Notes under the pieces: generated by a model | Database searches by the model: none | What the model was told of the DNA's origin: nothing | Seen by the model: the letters and a program-made list of their open reading frames with translations, nothing else | Part shown: in pieces, positions 51,166-62,990 of the stretch | Position numbering within the stretch: the first letter of the stretch is position 1 | How the letters are laid out: each line of letters starts with the position of its first letter | Made by a program: the position numbers and the translations under genes | Origin: Vicugna vicugna | Taxonomy: Eukaryota | Assembly: GCA_013265495.1 (NCBI GenBank) | Contig: MU061579.1 | Span: 2,849,319 to 2,913,318, forward strand | Direction of reading: 5' to 3' | DNA: 64,000 bases

Positions 51166-53329
51166 ATTTAAGTTGTCAATACATTGCATCATGATGGTTA
51201 TTGCTGGTTGCTGTTTCATCTTTATTGCTCCTTTTTTTTCTAGCTCACATTATTTTCTGAAAGATTTTTTTTTTAAACATAAGCAAGGGTCTTTCTGATT
51301 GAGAACTTCCATGATGAACTATTCTTACTGAGGGAACTTGCCATTTTCTATGAAACCTAAGGTGACCCCTTAACTCCCACAGAGCCCCTGATACACCAGT
51401 GTCACCTGAATATGTAGCCTGGCTTCTTGCTGAGATAAAAATCCAGCCCATTCACAATCAAACACTACTTTAATGCAATCATAGTTTATCTTAACTCAGG
51501 GAAGAACACCATCTACTGAATCTCCACATTGTTTTCCTAGAACACTCCAGGGTTTGGTGAGCTTTGACCTTTCATACTATTTTGTGGATTAGGACCATGA
51601 CAGAGGTGAATGGACAATAAATCAGTGGAAATAAACTCCCTTAAACCCTAATGAAAGAATATTAAAGGAATTCAAAATCCAGAATATTATTCTGCAGTAA
51701 TGACACTTAAAACATTTTTTATCTGTTAATCTTGACATTATCAAGCCTGTTAATTTTTTATATGAGGGATATTTGCTGGCATTTAGTTTCTTCTTTGTAA
51801 CTCATTTCAAGAGAACAATTTTTTACATTCTATTTATACATTGTCTTGACTGCTGGTCCCTTTTGTGTAACTGGTGTGTCTGTCTGTGTGTTGTGTGTGT
51901 GTGTACCGAAGAGTAGATCTATTATTATCAAAAGGCCAGCAGCACTAAGGAATTGAATCAGTGACCTGAAGGTTAAATTCCACTTAGCGGTAATCACTAA
52001 GCTGTGCTCCATTATAGTTGCGCTAAAAAAAATTGAGACTGCTGACATCTGGTACCTCTACATCTGAAACCTTTTAAACCACTTGCAGAAAAAAAAAAAA
52101 AAGGTTTTTATTTAAGAAGTGAACAAAACTATGGGGGTGTGTCATGTGAAGATCTGGACATTTCCTGTAAGATGCACCGTTCAAAGGTAGAACATCTCTG
52201 TATTGGAATAAAATGTTAAACTACACTTTTTCATTTTTACACACCTTTTCTTAACTTGTATAAGGAATATAAAGAATGTATGTACAGAACAATCAAGCCT
52301 CACTCTATTTTGAAAATATACTCATAAAATAAGCATAGTTTGCTTTGATTGCCAACATCTCAAATCAAAACAACAAAAAAAATTTAAGATAAAATGTATT
52401 AATTTATAAGCATAAATGACTTGTTGTATGCATAAATAGTTCAAATAAATTATTTCTGATATCCTATGCACTTAATTTCAAAAATGCTTTAGTAAGAATA
52501 TATTTATTAAGTGGATTTGCAAGCACTAGCCTTTTTATCAGCAAGCAAAAATCATATCATGAAAATTCATAATGTATCTCTCAGTTCAAGATAAATATGC
52601 ATTTTATTAAAATTAATTCAGTATTTCACTATTAATATTCTATGATGCTGTAAAGATTTGTCATTTTTCAAAAATTTTACAAACCTTTTAGAAATTTATA
52701 ACAACAAAAATTATAGGTCTGGAGGTAAATTTTCCCTTGAACATATACATAATTTTTCAGCTTTCAAGGGCTATTCTTCCAGTTTCCCAAGGGAGACTAA
52801 GAATATACATACACTCTCACTCTTGTGGAACAACAGAACAGATGCCAAAAACACCCCATAAACAACAATAACAAAATGTTTTTTGTCCTTGATGAACATA
52901 CCAGGACTTGGCAGGCAAAAAATGCACATGCATAGATTACTTAGGGCTTCCAACAGGGGCAAGTAATGGACAAACACCAAGTAGATTATGGTCGAAAGGA
53001 GGAAGTCCCTAGCTGTCTACTACTTGTGAGCAACGGATGCACATGGTATGTATAGGTTGGATCCTATTCATTTCTTTACTCATTCATCTGTTTTACTGGA
53101 TAGTGATTATATGGAAGTTTGAGTGGTACACAAAAGCATCACTTTTGTCCTCAACGGGTTTACATTAAAGAACTAGAGAAAGTTCATTGAATTTTGTACT
53201 AAAAGATCATAGTTTGATTCTTAGTTTTGCTAGTTACTAATTTTGGAATCTAAGCAAATAGATAAATCATCTAAAGTAGAACTAATAAAATTAGTATAAT
53301 CACTCCCTTCTTGTTGTAGCTATGTAATT

Positions 53330-53365
53330 ATAGATAGGTAGATAAATAGATGATAGATAGATAGA
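53330..53365. repeat. Imperfect (GATA)n within a MIR remnant
   Basis: TAGATAGGTAGATAAATAGATGATAGATAGATAGA seen directly. Confidence 0.8.
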
Positions 53366-54419
53366 AAGACAGGGATGTAGATATGTAAAAGGCTTTTATA
53401 AACTCAGACATTCTGTGTACTTAAGAGCTATTATTGTTCTTGACATGAATAATTGCATTAGAAAGTAAGACATGTTTTAAAAGAGACATAGTAAAAATGC
53501 AGTGTAGAAATTGTCAGGGGGGTAAACACTGCCCCATCAAAGATGAAAAGCAAATTCTCTGTGGAGCAGGAGCATTTGAGCTGTGCCCTGAAGGATTTCT
53601 ATTTATATTTAGCTTCAGAGAATGACCACCATTAGGAAGATTATTTTGGGAGAAAGTTATTCAAATGGAATTTTGAATGAGATAAAGAATTATGGCTTAT
53701 TTCATAAAAGAAGTGCAAAATTAGATTTGATATAATATCATGCTCAAAGGATTGAGAGCGAGCTTAGCAAGTCCTGGGAAGGGAATGGCATATAAATGTG
53801 CATGGTTGGATATCAAGGGGCCTTACACATCTCCAGAAATACAGTGAGACTGAAAAAAAATATAAGAATTTACTCAAACTACTTTGAGTTCTTTTTTTCT
53901 CTATTGGGCAATTTGACAAGCATTTGGAAAAATCAAAAGTAATCACAGAGTAAAATACAATGGTCATCATTTGCTTTGCTAGGGATATTTGGGAGTCATA
54001 GCATAGTTGAGAGATACATTTTATAGGTATAATGAATGAAGAAATTCATGAATTTTACACTGTGTCCTTGCAAAAAAGAAGAGCAAAAGCCAGAGGAGTA
54101 ATAACAGAAATAGAGATCGTTAAAACACAGAACTCTGAACCTTTTTTCTCAGGAATCGCTAGATAATTCTTGTGTTGTCTGATCTATTTGGTCAAATCAT
54201 AACACTTCTTCCTCAGAAGGAAGGTGTGATTTGTCCATTTCCCTAGGCACAATTGGACACTTGGGTGCATTTCAGTATCATTCTCGTATTAATGCTCATC
54301 TCACTCAAACTCAGTTATTTACTTACAGCTGCCACTTCCTCAGTGGAGAAATGATCAAGTCTGATGCCTTAGTAGATCGAGATCTCTCTTACTTCCAGCG
54401 CCTCTCTGAGGTAGTCATG

Positions 54420-54855
54420 ACGATATGTAGCTCCACCCCTTACAAGAACTTTTCAACCAGCTGAAGGAGTTCAGTAGGCTGACACTATACAGCTTCTGAC
54501 TTTCAAGACCTACCAAAGTACTTGAGCTGAAGCCATCTATACTTTGTCTGGCCGCCTCCAGGCAATGACTGAGCACAAAGTGGACACTAGGATCTGCTCA
54601 TTTCCGCCCTACATGACATTGCAGGAAATCTTTTTGCAGAAGCTCCCCTTGGAATTGCTGAGAATCTCTTCAAGTAGCGTCACAGAATGAGTCTCTTCTT
54701 ATCGTCTTCCTCTTTGCACAGGTGTCATACTGCACCAAGCTACAGGCTTTTCCTGCCTGCTTGTGCTCCTCTTCTGTTTTTCATAGACATTTTCCCACAA
54801 TACATTTCTTGAAATTCTAGTTACATCTTGGCATCTGAAGACCCAACATACACAC
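54420..54855 (+). mobile_element. ERVL LTR, LTR16-like
   Basis: GCAATGACTGAGCAC...CATTTCCGCCC...CACAGGTGTCA...CAATACATTTCTTG...CATCTTGGCATCTG..GACCCAAC..ACAC matches the LTR16 3' half as recalled. The 5' boundary is uncertain. Confidence 0.7.
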
Positions 54856-54891
54856 TCTCAGAATATCATGAAGTTACTTAAAATTATTTGT

Positions 54892-54942
54892 GGAATGAAT
54901 GGATGAATGGATGGATGGATGGATGGATGGATGGATGGATGG
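54892..54942. repeat. (GGAT)n microsatellite grown from a (GAAT)n, probably L2-tail, seed
   Basis: GGAATGAATGGATGAAT followed by pure GGAT units. Confidence 0.9.
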
Positions 54943-55004
54943 CACTTTCAGAACTAGCTAGAGGTAAATGTATAGTTTTGTTACTGTTGTGGATTTTTAT
55001 GGAG

Positions 55005-55412
55005 ATCTTTCCCTGAGACATATTATATTAGTTTCAGGTACACAACATAACAAATCGATGTATGTATACATTGTGAAATGATCACCACAATAAACCTAGT
55101 TGACATCCATCATCACACACAGTTACAAGCTTTTTTTCTTATGATGAGAACTTTTAAGACTTGTTCCCTTAGTAACTTTCAAATATACAATATGTTATTA
55201 TTAACTCCACTCACCATGCTGTATGTTACATCCCCAGGACTTATTTATTTCATAACTGGAAGTTTGGACTTTTTGACCACCTTCACTTATTTCACCCACC
55301 CATCCAACCCCCACCTCTGGCAACCACCCATCTGTTGTCTCTGAGTTATTTTTTAAACATCCCACATACAAGTGAGATCACATGGTATTTGTCTTTCTAT
55401 GTCTGATTTATT
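55005..55412 (-). mobile_element. L1 3' end (L1MA9/10-like), antisense
   Basis: ATTAGTTTCAGGTACACAAC...TGTGAAATGATCACCACAATAA...TACATCCCCAGGACTTATTTATTTCATAACTGGAAGTTTG...CTCTGGCAACCACC...AAGTGAGATCACATGGTATTTGTCTTTCT. Confidence 0.9.
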
Positions 55413-56204
55413 AAAATTGTATACATGAAGGAAGAAGTAAAAGATCAATTTGATTGACTTTCCAAACTGGGTAATAATCACTCTATCCACTAAAAATACT
55501 CAGTTTCTGCCACTAAGATACTATCACCTATTCCTGACAGAGAGGTGGGGAAATAATTCATAACATAAAATACCACAAAGAAAAAAATATATATATTATA
55601 GTTTCCCCATACCTTTCACAATTGATGGAATGTATGCATATATGCCTTAGAGCCTGTGATATACTCTGATCTACACAATAAATATGGAAAAAATTAAAAT
55701 TCAGAATGTTGAAATAAGCCAAAAGTAACACAGCTAGCAAGCGGTAAATAATTCAATTTTTCTTTTCTGTTGATCCCAAAGATTTAAGGGCAAATCTCTT
55801 AATAAGGCACATTTTGTTGCTTTATGATTTAAGTCAGGAAGGAACCACAGTAGAGAAGATACGGGTGTAATTATAACTACACGTGTTGACTTCACTCACT
55901 GGACTACAGGGGCTCTCACCTGTTAAACCGAATTGTAGGAGAAAGGGATCTTATTTTCTTGTTTTGCCGCTAGTAATGCTCCGGGGTCATTTTCCTTAGT
56001 GCTAGGATATTTTTTAAAATGTCCCTTACTTGTATTTTTTCTATAATTTGACAAAGATCAATGATCACATTTCCACTTCAAATACCCCAAGATATAATTT
56101 TTTTAAGAAATACCTTCACCTTGTTCTGGAATGCTGCATCACCCAAACAAACACAGGAATTAAAGGACAATGTGATGGATGGCAGTTGTCTCCAAGTAAA
56201 AGAG

Positions 56205-56590
56205 TCTTAGAGCTAATGTAATTACACAAATGCTCATTTTATTACACCTTGTACCCTGAATTTTTGAACAGATGCAATAAACGGTCAATTACTTCAGTGA
56301 CTGGTTACACCAAGTAGCAGCTAGTACCGAATATGGGCTGTGTTTCCCTAAACAGACCTCTGCCTCCAAGCTGAAAGTAAAGGCAGCAGCCTTGCCCTTT
56401 CTGCCGGTCTTCAATTAATCATATGCTAATTGATTTAGTAAGGAATGTGTTGGCTGTCTAACTCATTTTGAATTATCTTGCCAGAGCTGCCTGTGAGGCC
56501 AGAGAGCTCTTACCACCACACACGTGCCCGATAAATCAATAAGTCAGTAAACGTAGCTTTGCTGATGACATAAATGTGTCAATTTTTTTC
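56205..56590. promoter_or_regulatory. Candidate enhancer / conserved non-coding element
   Basis: Non-repetitive, CpG-retaining block with clustered homeodomain, POU, PBX-HOX/ONECUT, FOX and E-box motifs. Motif-based only. Confidence 0.45.
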
Positions 56591-57899
56591 CATGTTGTTT
56601 TAGATAGACACTTAAAATCTGAGGAGGTAAATTGGTTTAAAAACACAGGAGATGGGTCTGTTTATTTTCAGGAGCCATTCCTTTTTCTGCCTCTGATTGT
56701 ATTTGACTTTAAAACTAGCAAAATCTATTGAATGCCTGATAATGAAGGGATGTTTGCTGATTATAAACAAGAGATACCGGTTTTGTCTCTGTTTGGTGAG
56801 CAGTACAGTACTATTTATCTCCACAGGCCCTGCTTCAATTTGAGAATTTTCTATTTCTCCAAAATAGTCCCAGATGGTGGCAGGCAATTACATGATACTA
56901 GATTTTCTTGAGCAAAGTCTTGGAATGCCAAGCCTTTCCCACTGACTTGCTGAGTGATTCACCTTGAAGGATCATTTTATTTGATGTTCTGCAACCCAGA
57001 GCCTTGACATGGTTATAATTCCCGGAGAGTCTCAGGGCACCTGGAATCTGTCATTCACAGTAGCAGTGGGCTATCTCGTGCTCTATTAAGTCTTTCTCTC
57101 TTCTTTCTCTTGTGTTATTTTATGTGGGAAAAAAAGATATAATTGAGCTCAGAAGAAAGGTAATTTCAAATCTAAGTCTTATCTAGTTATGACATCTATA
57201 TATTTTTGAGAAAGTTAAGTAAGAGAACACGATTAAAACCAATGTTAAAATCACTTATTGTAAGCAGGCTAATTTGGATATGGGATGAGTGATATCAAAG
57301 TTGATGATATAAATGTGTCCTGCTGTGAAGTTTCTTTCTGGCGTGTGCATGCAAAACCATGCTCACTAGGGGTGACTTTGCTTATAACAACAGATTGATT
57401 TTCATGTATAATTACAAGGAGAGACTCAGGGTTTTAAAGTAGTGGAATGAATTGATTAATCAAAAGAAAAACGAGAGTTTTTTTTTTTCGATATAGTTAA
57501 GCATTTCCCAAAGTAGTTTATGATAGATGTATTTTAGAGGAGTAAAATCATTTACTTAATTAACTTAATTGAGCACATTATGCTTGCCACTAAGGGTATA
57601 ACTGGCAAGAGGGGGAGTAATGCTTTTTGCCTTTCTTTACCATAAAACCTGATGCAGAAAGAAGTATATACATGACATTGCCAAAAACAAACATAACACT
57701 AATTCAGTTAAACTGATAGAGTTCATACTATTTTGAGTTGGTCAAGGAAGGCTTTGAAGAGAGGGTAGATGACTGACAAAAAAGATAAAATAGAGACATT
57801 TCACTAGTGACCCACAGGCAAAATCTGGCATGAAAACAATAAGATACATACATTTCCTGATTTGTACGCTTTTACTGAACATTTTAAAACATTGCAAAC

Positions 57900-57950
57900 T
57901 ATGTGTGTGTTTGTATGTGTGTGCATACAGATATACCTACACATATGTGC
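57900..57950. repeat. Degenerate (TG)n/(CA)n low-complexity
   Basis: Seen directly. Confidence 0.7.
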
Positions 57951-58191
57951 ATTAAAGTGGGTGTGGCAGACCAGATAAAAGATATGAAGATACTATGGAA
58001 AAAAAAATTCCAAACTTGCATTCTCTTTCTGGGTGTTGGTTGCCCTATAATAGCTAGCAGGACTAATGCTACCAAATACTGATTTTTAAAAATCCTGCAG
58101 GACCCATCAGGCAAAAATCTCTTCGATAAGCCACTATTGTAATCATCTCTGTTTTTTTTTTTTTGCACTTTATAGTTAAGAAGTGATTTAA

Positions 58192-58501
58192 AAGACACAA
58201 ATGAACTTATTTACAAAACAGAAACAGACTCCCAGACATACCAAGCAAACTTACGGTTACAGGGAGGCAGGAAGGGGGTGGGAAGGGATAAATTGGGAGT
58301 TCGAGACTTGCAGATGTTAACTACTACATATAGGATAGATAAACAAGTTTCTACTGTATAGCACAGGGACCTATACTCAATATCTTGTAGCAACCTATAG
58401 TGAAAAAGAGTATGTACGTGTATGACTGAAGCATTGTGCTGTACACCAGAGATTGACACAACATTGTAAACTGACTATACATCAATCAAAAAAGGAAAAT
58501 A
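58192..58501 (+). mobile_element. 5'-truncated cetartiodactyl-type L1 3' end with 14-bp TSD
   Basis: ACAAATGAACTTATTTACAAAACAGAAACAGACTC...ACTGTATAGCACAGGGAC...TGTAAACTGACTATAC. TSD AAGAAGTGATTTAA (58178-58191) / AAGAGGTAATTTAA (58502-58515). Confidence 0.9.
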
Positions 58502-58669
58502 AAGAGGTAATTTAATAAGAATTATTGTTATAAAAAACCTAACTTGCAGAAAAAAATTAGTTTCCAATATTGGAAAGGCTGCTTTACAGAAGATACTGAC
58601 CATTCGGCTGTGAAGTCTGTGGAAAGAGTAAACATTAAACTGCAGTTTGGTTTAGGGGAGAGACAGCAA

Positions 58670-58865
58670 GCTCAGTGAGCTAGGGAATGGGCCCAGGAAC
58701 CAGAGCCTGGGCGCAAACCCCAGTTCTGCCTCATCCTAGATTTGTGATCGTGAAAAAGTGACTTAATCTCTCATTCCCTCTTATACACAATGGGATAGTA
58801 ATAGTAGCTCTCATGGGTTGTTTTAAGTTTGAATGGGTTAATACTGTCAAAGGGGTGGAAGAATA
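58670..58865 (+). mobile_element. MIR SINE
   Basis: GCCTGGGCGCAAACCCCAGTTCTGCC...TGTGATCGTG..AAGTGACTTAATCTCTC...AATGGGATAGTAATAGTA..CTCATGGGTTGTT. Confidence 0.85.
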
Positions 58866-61249
58866 TTTAGATCAAACATACATCGGGCTCTATATGTCTT
58901 GGGAAAAATGAAAATACATCTCAGAACCTTTGATGTCACCATCGATGTCATGAATCTCCAACAGGGAGATGGGGTGTGCACTAGCTCTTAAACTTAGCTG
59001 TCCGTAGAGTATACTTTTGGATTCCTAGACCATGAATCCCAGGTGTTCTATTGAACAAGCTGGAAACACTGGGAAAGGGGATAAACCAAGATAGCTTCTC
59101 ACTTTTCTTCCAAAATCTTCTAGAAATCTGTGAGAAGACAGCAATAGTAGCACAGGAGATGTCACTAGGGAATGTGATCAAATATCAAAGAAATTGCAAC
59201 AGAGGATGCCAGACGCTTGCAACTTTAAGCACCAAAACTGAGTTTCTCTTTCTAATTTGTATTTTTTTAATTAAATTGAGAACTCCTGGTACCAAGGTTC
59301 TTATAGCAGAACTGCTTATCGAGGTCTAATGCTCAGAATATGGAAAAGGATATTATCTCAGACTGGTAAAATTTCTATTTGGTAGGCCATCACAGGCAGA
59401 CTCTGCAATGGTCCTGTCTTTCCTTTACATGTTCACCTGGTACAAAATATCCCAAAGCACGAGTGTCTAGTGAATGGTTGGTATTTATTAATAAAACTCA
59501 CTGTGTGCTTGCCATGTATCTTGTCATATCAATAAAAAAAGAAATCATTAGAGGACACAAATAATGTAAGCTGAGAGACGCATTTCAACGACAAGCATTT
59601 CATAAAATGAGTTTACTCCATGACAACTTGATTGAGAAGCATTATTCCGGAATCTCAGTTTTAAGCAGGGAAAATTTAATGGATGACTTTGATGAGCTGA
59701 ATTCTGAAAAAAACAAAGAAAAAACAAAAACAAAAAACAGTATAATTGAAGTAGGCAGAAGAGAATTGGGTTCTTTGAAGAAAACTGAATTACAAAGATA
59801 AGAAAATAAAAGGTTTGGGAAAGCATCAATAGACACTTTGTCCGGAAGTGGAGCATTAATATAGAATTGAAGATATTGTAAGTAGGGTCAGAGCACAGGT
59901 GCAACACCAGTACTTATTTCTTTACTACATTTTTTATAGTTTTGAGTGCCTGTTGTGAACAAGACACTGCACTGGAAATTTTATAAAACATAACATCAGG
60001 TGTTGTGAATGAAAAAAATGTATTTTTATCCACAGCCACTAAAATCATACAGCAATTCACAGCAAATTTACCTTGATTTGGAAATATCAGATTAATCATT
60101 GTTACTGTGTTTTAGATCATTACTCATTTATGTTCTGATTAGGTTTGATTTATGAATGTGGGTGAGAAACACTACAATAGAAAAAAAAATTAAAAAGTAG
60201 CTCAAGTTGGTCATGTATTTGAGTTACACAATCTTTGGTCAAGGTTTCCGTGACGCATAACATTTACTCTTCATCAATGTCAGCTGCATTGTCTTCACGC
60301 TCTCTGGTGACAACAGTCATATTTCATGGTTACACTAACCTTTGGAACATTGTTTTTCACCAGGCATTGCTCTGAAAGTGAGACTGTCTCCTCTCTTGGG
60401 ATTGGTACAGTATCTCAATTTGGTGACTACTTTTTCAAGGGGGTGTCAAAAGCTTAAATGGTGAGAAAGGGCAAAAGAGCTCTTTCATGCGTTAACCTTG
60501 GTTTACTCTGCTTTCTTCTCTGTTGCTAGTAGTTTCAATCTTACTGGTAACATTGGCATTATTCTGCTTTGGGTAAGGGGATTCAACGGTAGCCCAAATT
60601 ATTTATTTTTAAAATTTGAGTTTGTTAGCAGGTAAACTTTATTTCTACGTTGCATATTTCTGCTAGCCTTGCTCAGTAGCCATATTATCATTGAAAATAT
60701 CCAGTTGTTTTCTCATGGGCCACATATACGGGCAGAGTGAGTTAGAAGGCATAGCTCTCCCTCCCCTGATGATTTGAAAGGCACATTTGTTCTATCCAAT
60801 GGAAAACAAAGCCTCAGCAATATTAGGACAAGGAGATTTTGTATTGTTGAAAGATAATAATGTGCTTATCTTTGAGAGTGGTGTGCAGTGAAAAAAAAGA
60901 AGAAAATGAAAGCCCTTATTTATATTGGTAAGGGATACACCTCGGTTTCTATGAATGCATTGCCCTTCACCGGTTTCTCCTAAACATCATTTCATAGCTT
61001 ATAACTGCCATTCCAACTGGCCAAAGAAGTGGTTACTTTTTGACAGTTCATGGATCTGCCTAGCCTTCCTGGCTATCCGTGGTGGGTGAGCAGTCACTCA
61101 AAGACCCTGTCCCTTGGGTGATTAAAATGTATGCTTCTCCAGGAAAGAGAATATTTGCAGTGTAAAGTCAAGAGCTACTGGCTTACATGGACCATTCTTC
61201 ATTTCTACATTTAATCTAAAGACTGGAAAAGAATTTAAGGATAAAGATA

Positions 61250-61360
61250 AGAAAATGCACTGGATTAGGAGTCAGGAGATTTTATATTAACCTAAACTAA
61301 CCAGATTTCTGACCATGAATGCATCTTTTAACCACACTGGACTTCATTGTCCTTAGTTAT
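61250..61360 (+). mobile_element. MIR fragment
   Basis: GCACTGGATTAGGAGTCAGGAGA...TGACCATGAA...TTTAACCACACTGGACTTCA. Confidence 0.6.
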
Positions 61361-61939
61361 TAACTAACTAAATTATTTTAAAATATAATTTTAAAATCTA
61401 AAAGTACATGGCATGTCTGTTATCGACTGAACTGGAATTGACAAGCCAACCAATGTAGTGTAATTGGGAGTTTAGGTAAACATAGGAGTCCTGCAGCCCC
61501 ATTGGTTATTTGAAAATGAATGTTGTGCACCATTTGGCATATAATTAAAGGCAACTGTTCTAAGGTTGTATTCTTTTATCCAGGAATCTCCAGATTCCCA
61601 AAGATGGCTCCAAACCAGCTGTCGTCTGGTGTGCCCTTTAGAGGATGCATTAATCTCAGAGTGGAGCAAAAACCAGGTTCTGAAATGAACTATGGAAGAG
61701 CTGAGAAGAGAATTTATTTCCTCTCAAAATTTTCATTTTCCAAGGCACACAGAACAAATAGAAAATTAAAATACACTTTCAAAAACTATAAACAAGAGTT
61801 AAGTACAAATTAAAAAGTTCTATCTTCTCTTTTTTAAAAAATCTGTGTCCAATAAACTTTTCTCTTATTTAGCATGTTTCTGTTGAATTAAGTGTCTGAG
61901 CCTCTGTTTATAATAATCGAACATGAAAACAAAACAGAG

Positions 61940-62083
61940 TGGAAGAAAAAGGAAGGAAGAAGAAGGGAAGGAAGGAAGGAAGGAAACAGCAAAGGGAGGG
62001 CTGGAAAGGATTGAATAAGAGAAGGAGGAAGGGAAGGAAGGATGGGAAGGAAGGTGAGAGAGAGACCGAGAGGGAGAGAGAGA
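61940..62083. repeat. Polypurine tract, (GGAA)n/(GA)n-like
   Basis: GGAAGGAAGAAGAAGGGAAGGAAGGAAGGAAGGAA...GAGAGAGAGA seen directly. Confidence 0.9.
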
Positions 62084-62835
62084 ACGTGCTTGCAATCTGC
62101 TTGAAATGCACCTTGAAATTCCTTACCCTGCTGGTCAACGTGAAGGGAGTGGGTCCCTCCTTTCACCCATAATAAAATCATATTTCATCTTCTAGATATA
62201 AATAATTAAGGAAGAAATAAAATCATGTTTTACCTTCTGGTAAATATTTGCTTAAGTAAAATAGATCCATTAAGCTGTATTTACTGAGTCTGCTGTATTC
62301 AGAGCGCTTTAAAAGGCAGAGTGCTGTAATGTTCAAAGATTATTGTAGTGTGTTGCATTTTGCATTCCCAAGATAGTATTTTTTTTCCCACAAATGCCCT
62401 TTTTAAGCACAGCATATACTCTGAGGGCCCTTGTAAGAATTTTAATGAGAATTCTTCAGAAGAAGTAGTGTTGCAGAGTATTAACATTTAAACCTCTACT
62501 AATCCCTGAATAGCACCAAATATCTATTCTTTTGAATCAGGATACTGTATTATGCTCAAAGAAAGCAAAAATGAGCAAGTAGCTTAGAAGGCATAAATAT
62601 AAAGCATTTGGGTAATTATAGATTTCTAGTCATGTCACCACAACTGAAGTTAGTCCAGATGTAGGATTTTTGTTATAAACTCTGATTTTTCTGTGGCTTC
62701 TAACCTGAAAACTTCTTTTATTTTCAACTAGGATGAAAATTTTCATAAAGGAGTGTAACTAATAAGAAATGGCTGATTAATTTCTACTCTGTTTCTTTTT
62801 GGTGGGTGTGGAGACTGATTCCTAAAATTAAGTTT

Positions 62836-62990
62836 TCAATACCTTGTAATGACCTATAATGAAAAAGAATATGAAACAGAATATATATATAGATATATAT
62901 ATATATCTATATATATATCTCACCATGCTGTACACAAGAAATTAACACATTGTAAATAGACTATATTCCAATCAGAAATGAATTATTAAA
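62836..62990 (+). mobile_element. Short L1 3' end fragment containing a (TA)-rich palindrome
   Basis: TCAATACCTTGTAATGACCTATAATGAAAAAGAATATGAA...CACCATGCTGTACAC..GAAATTAACACATTGTAAATAGACTATA; homologous to 30600-30725. Confidence 0.85.

Noticed and set aside
61865..62181. Overlapping Lys/Arg/Glu-rich and Ser/Phe/Pro-rich ORFs
   Set aside because: Stop-free frames produced by the polypurine (GGAA)n tract.
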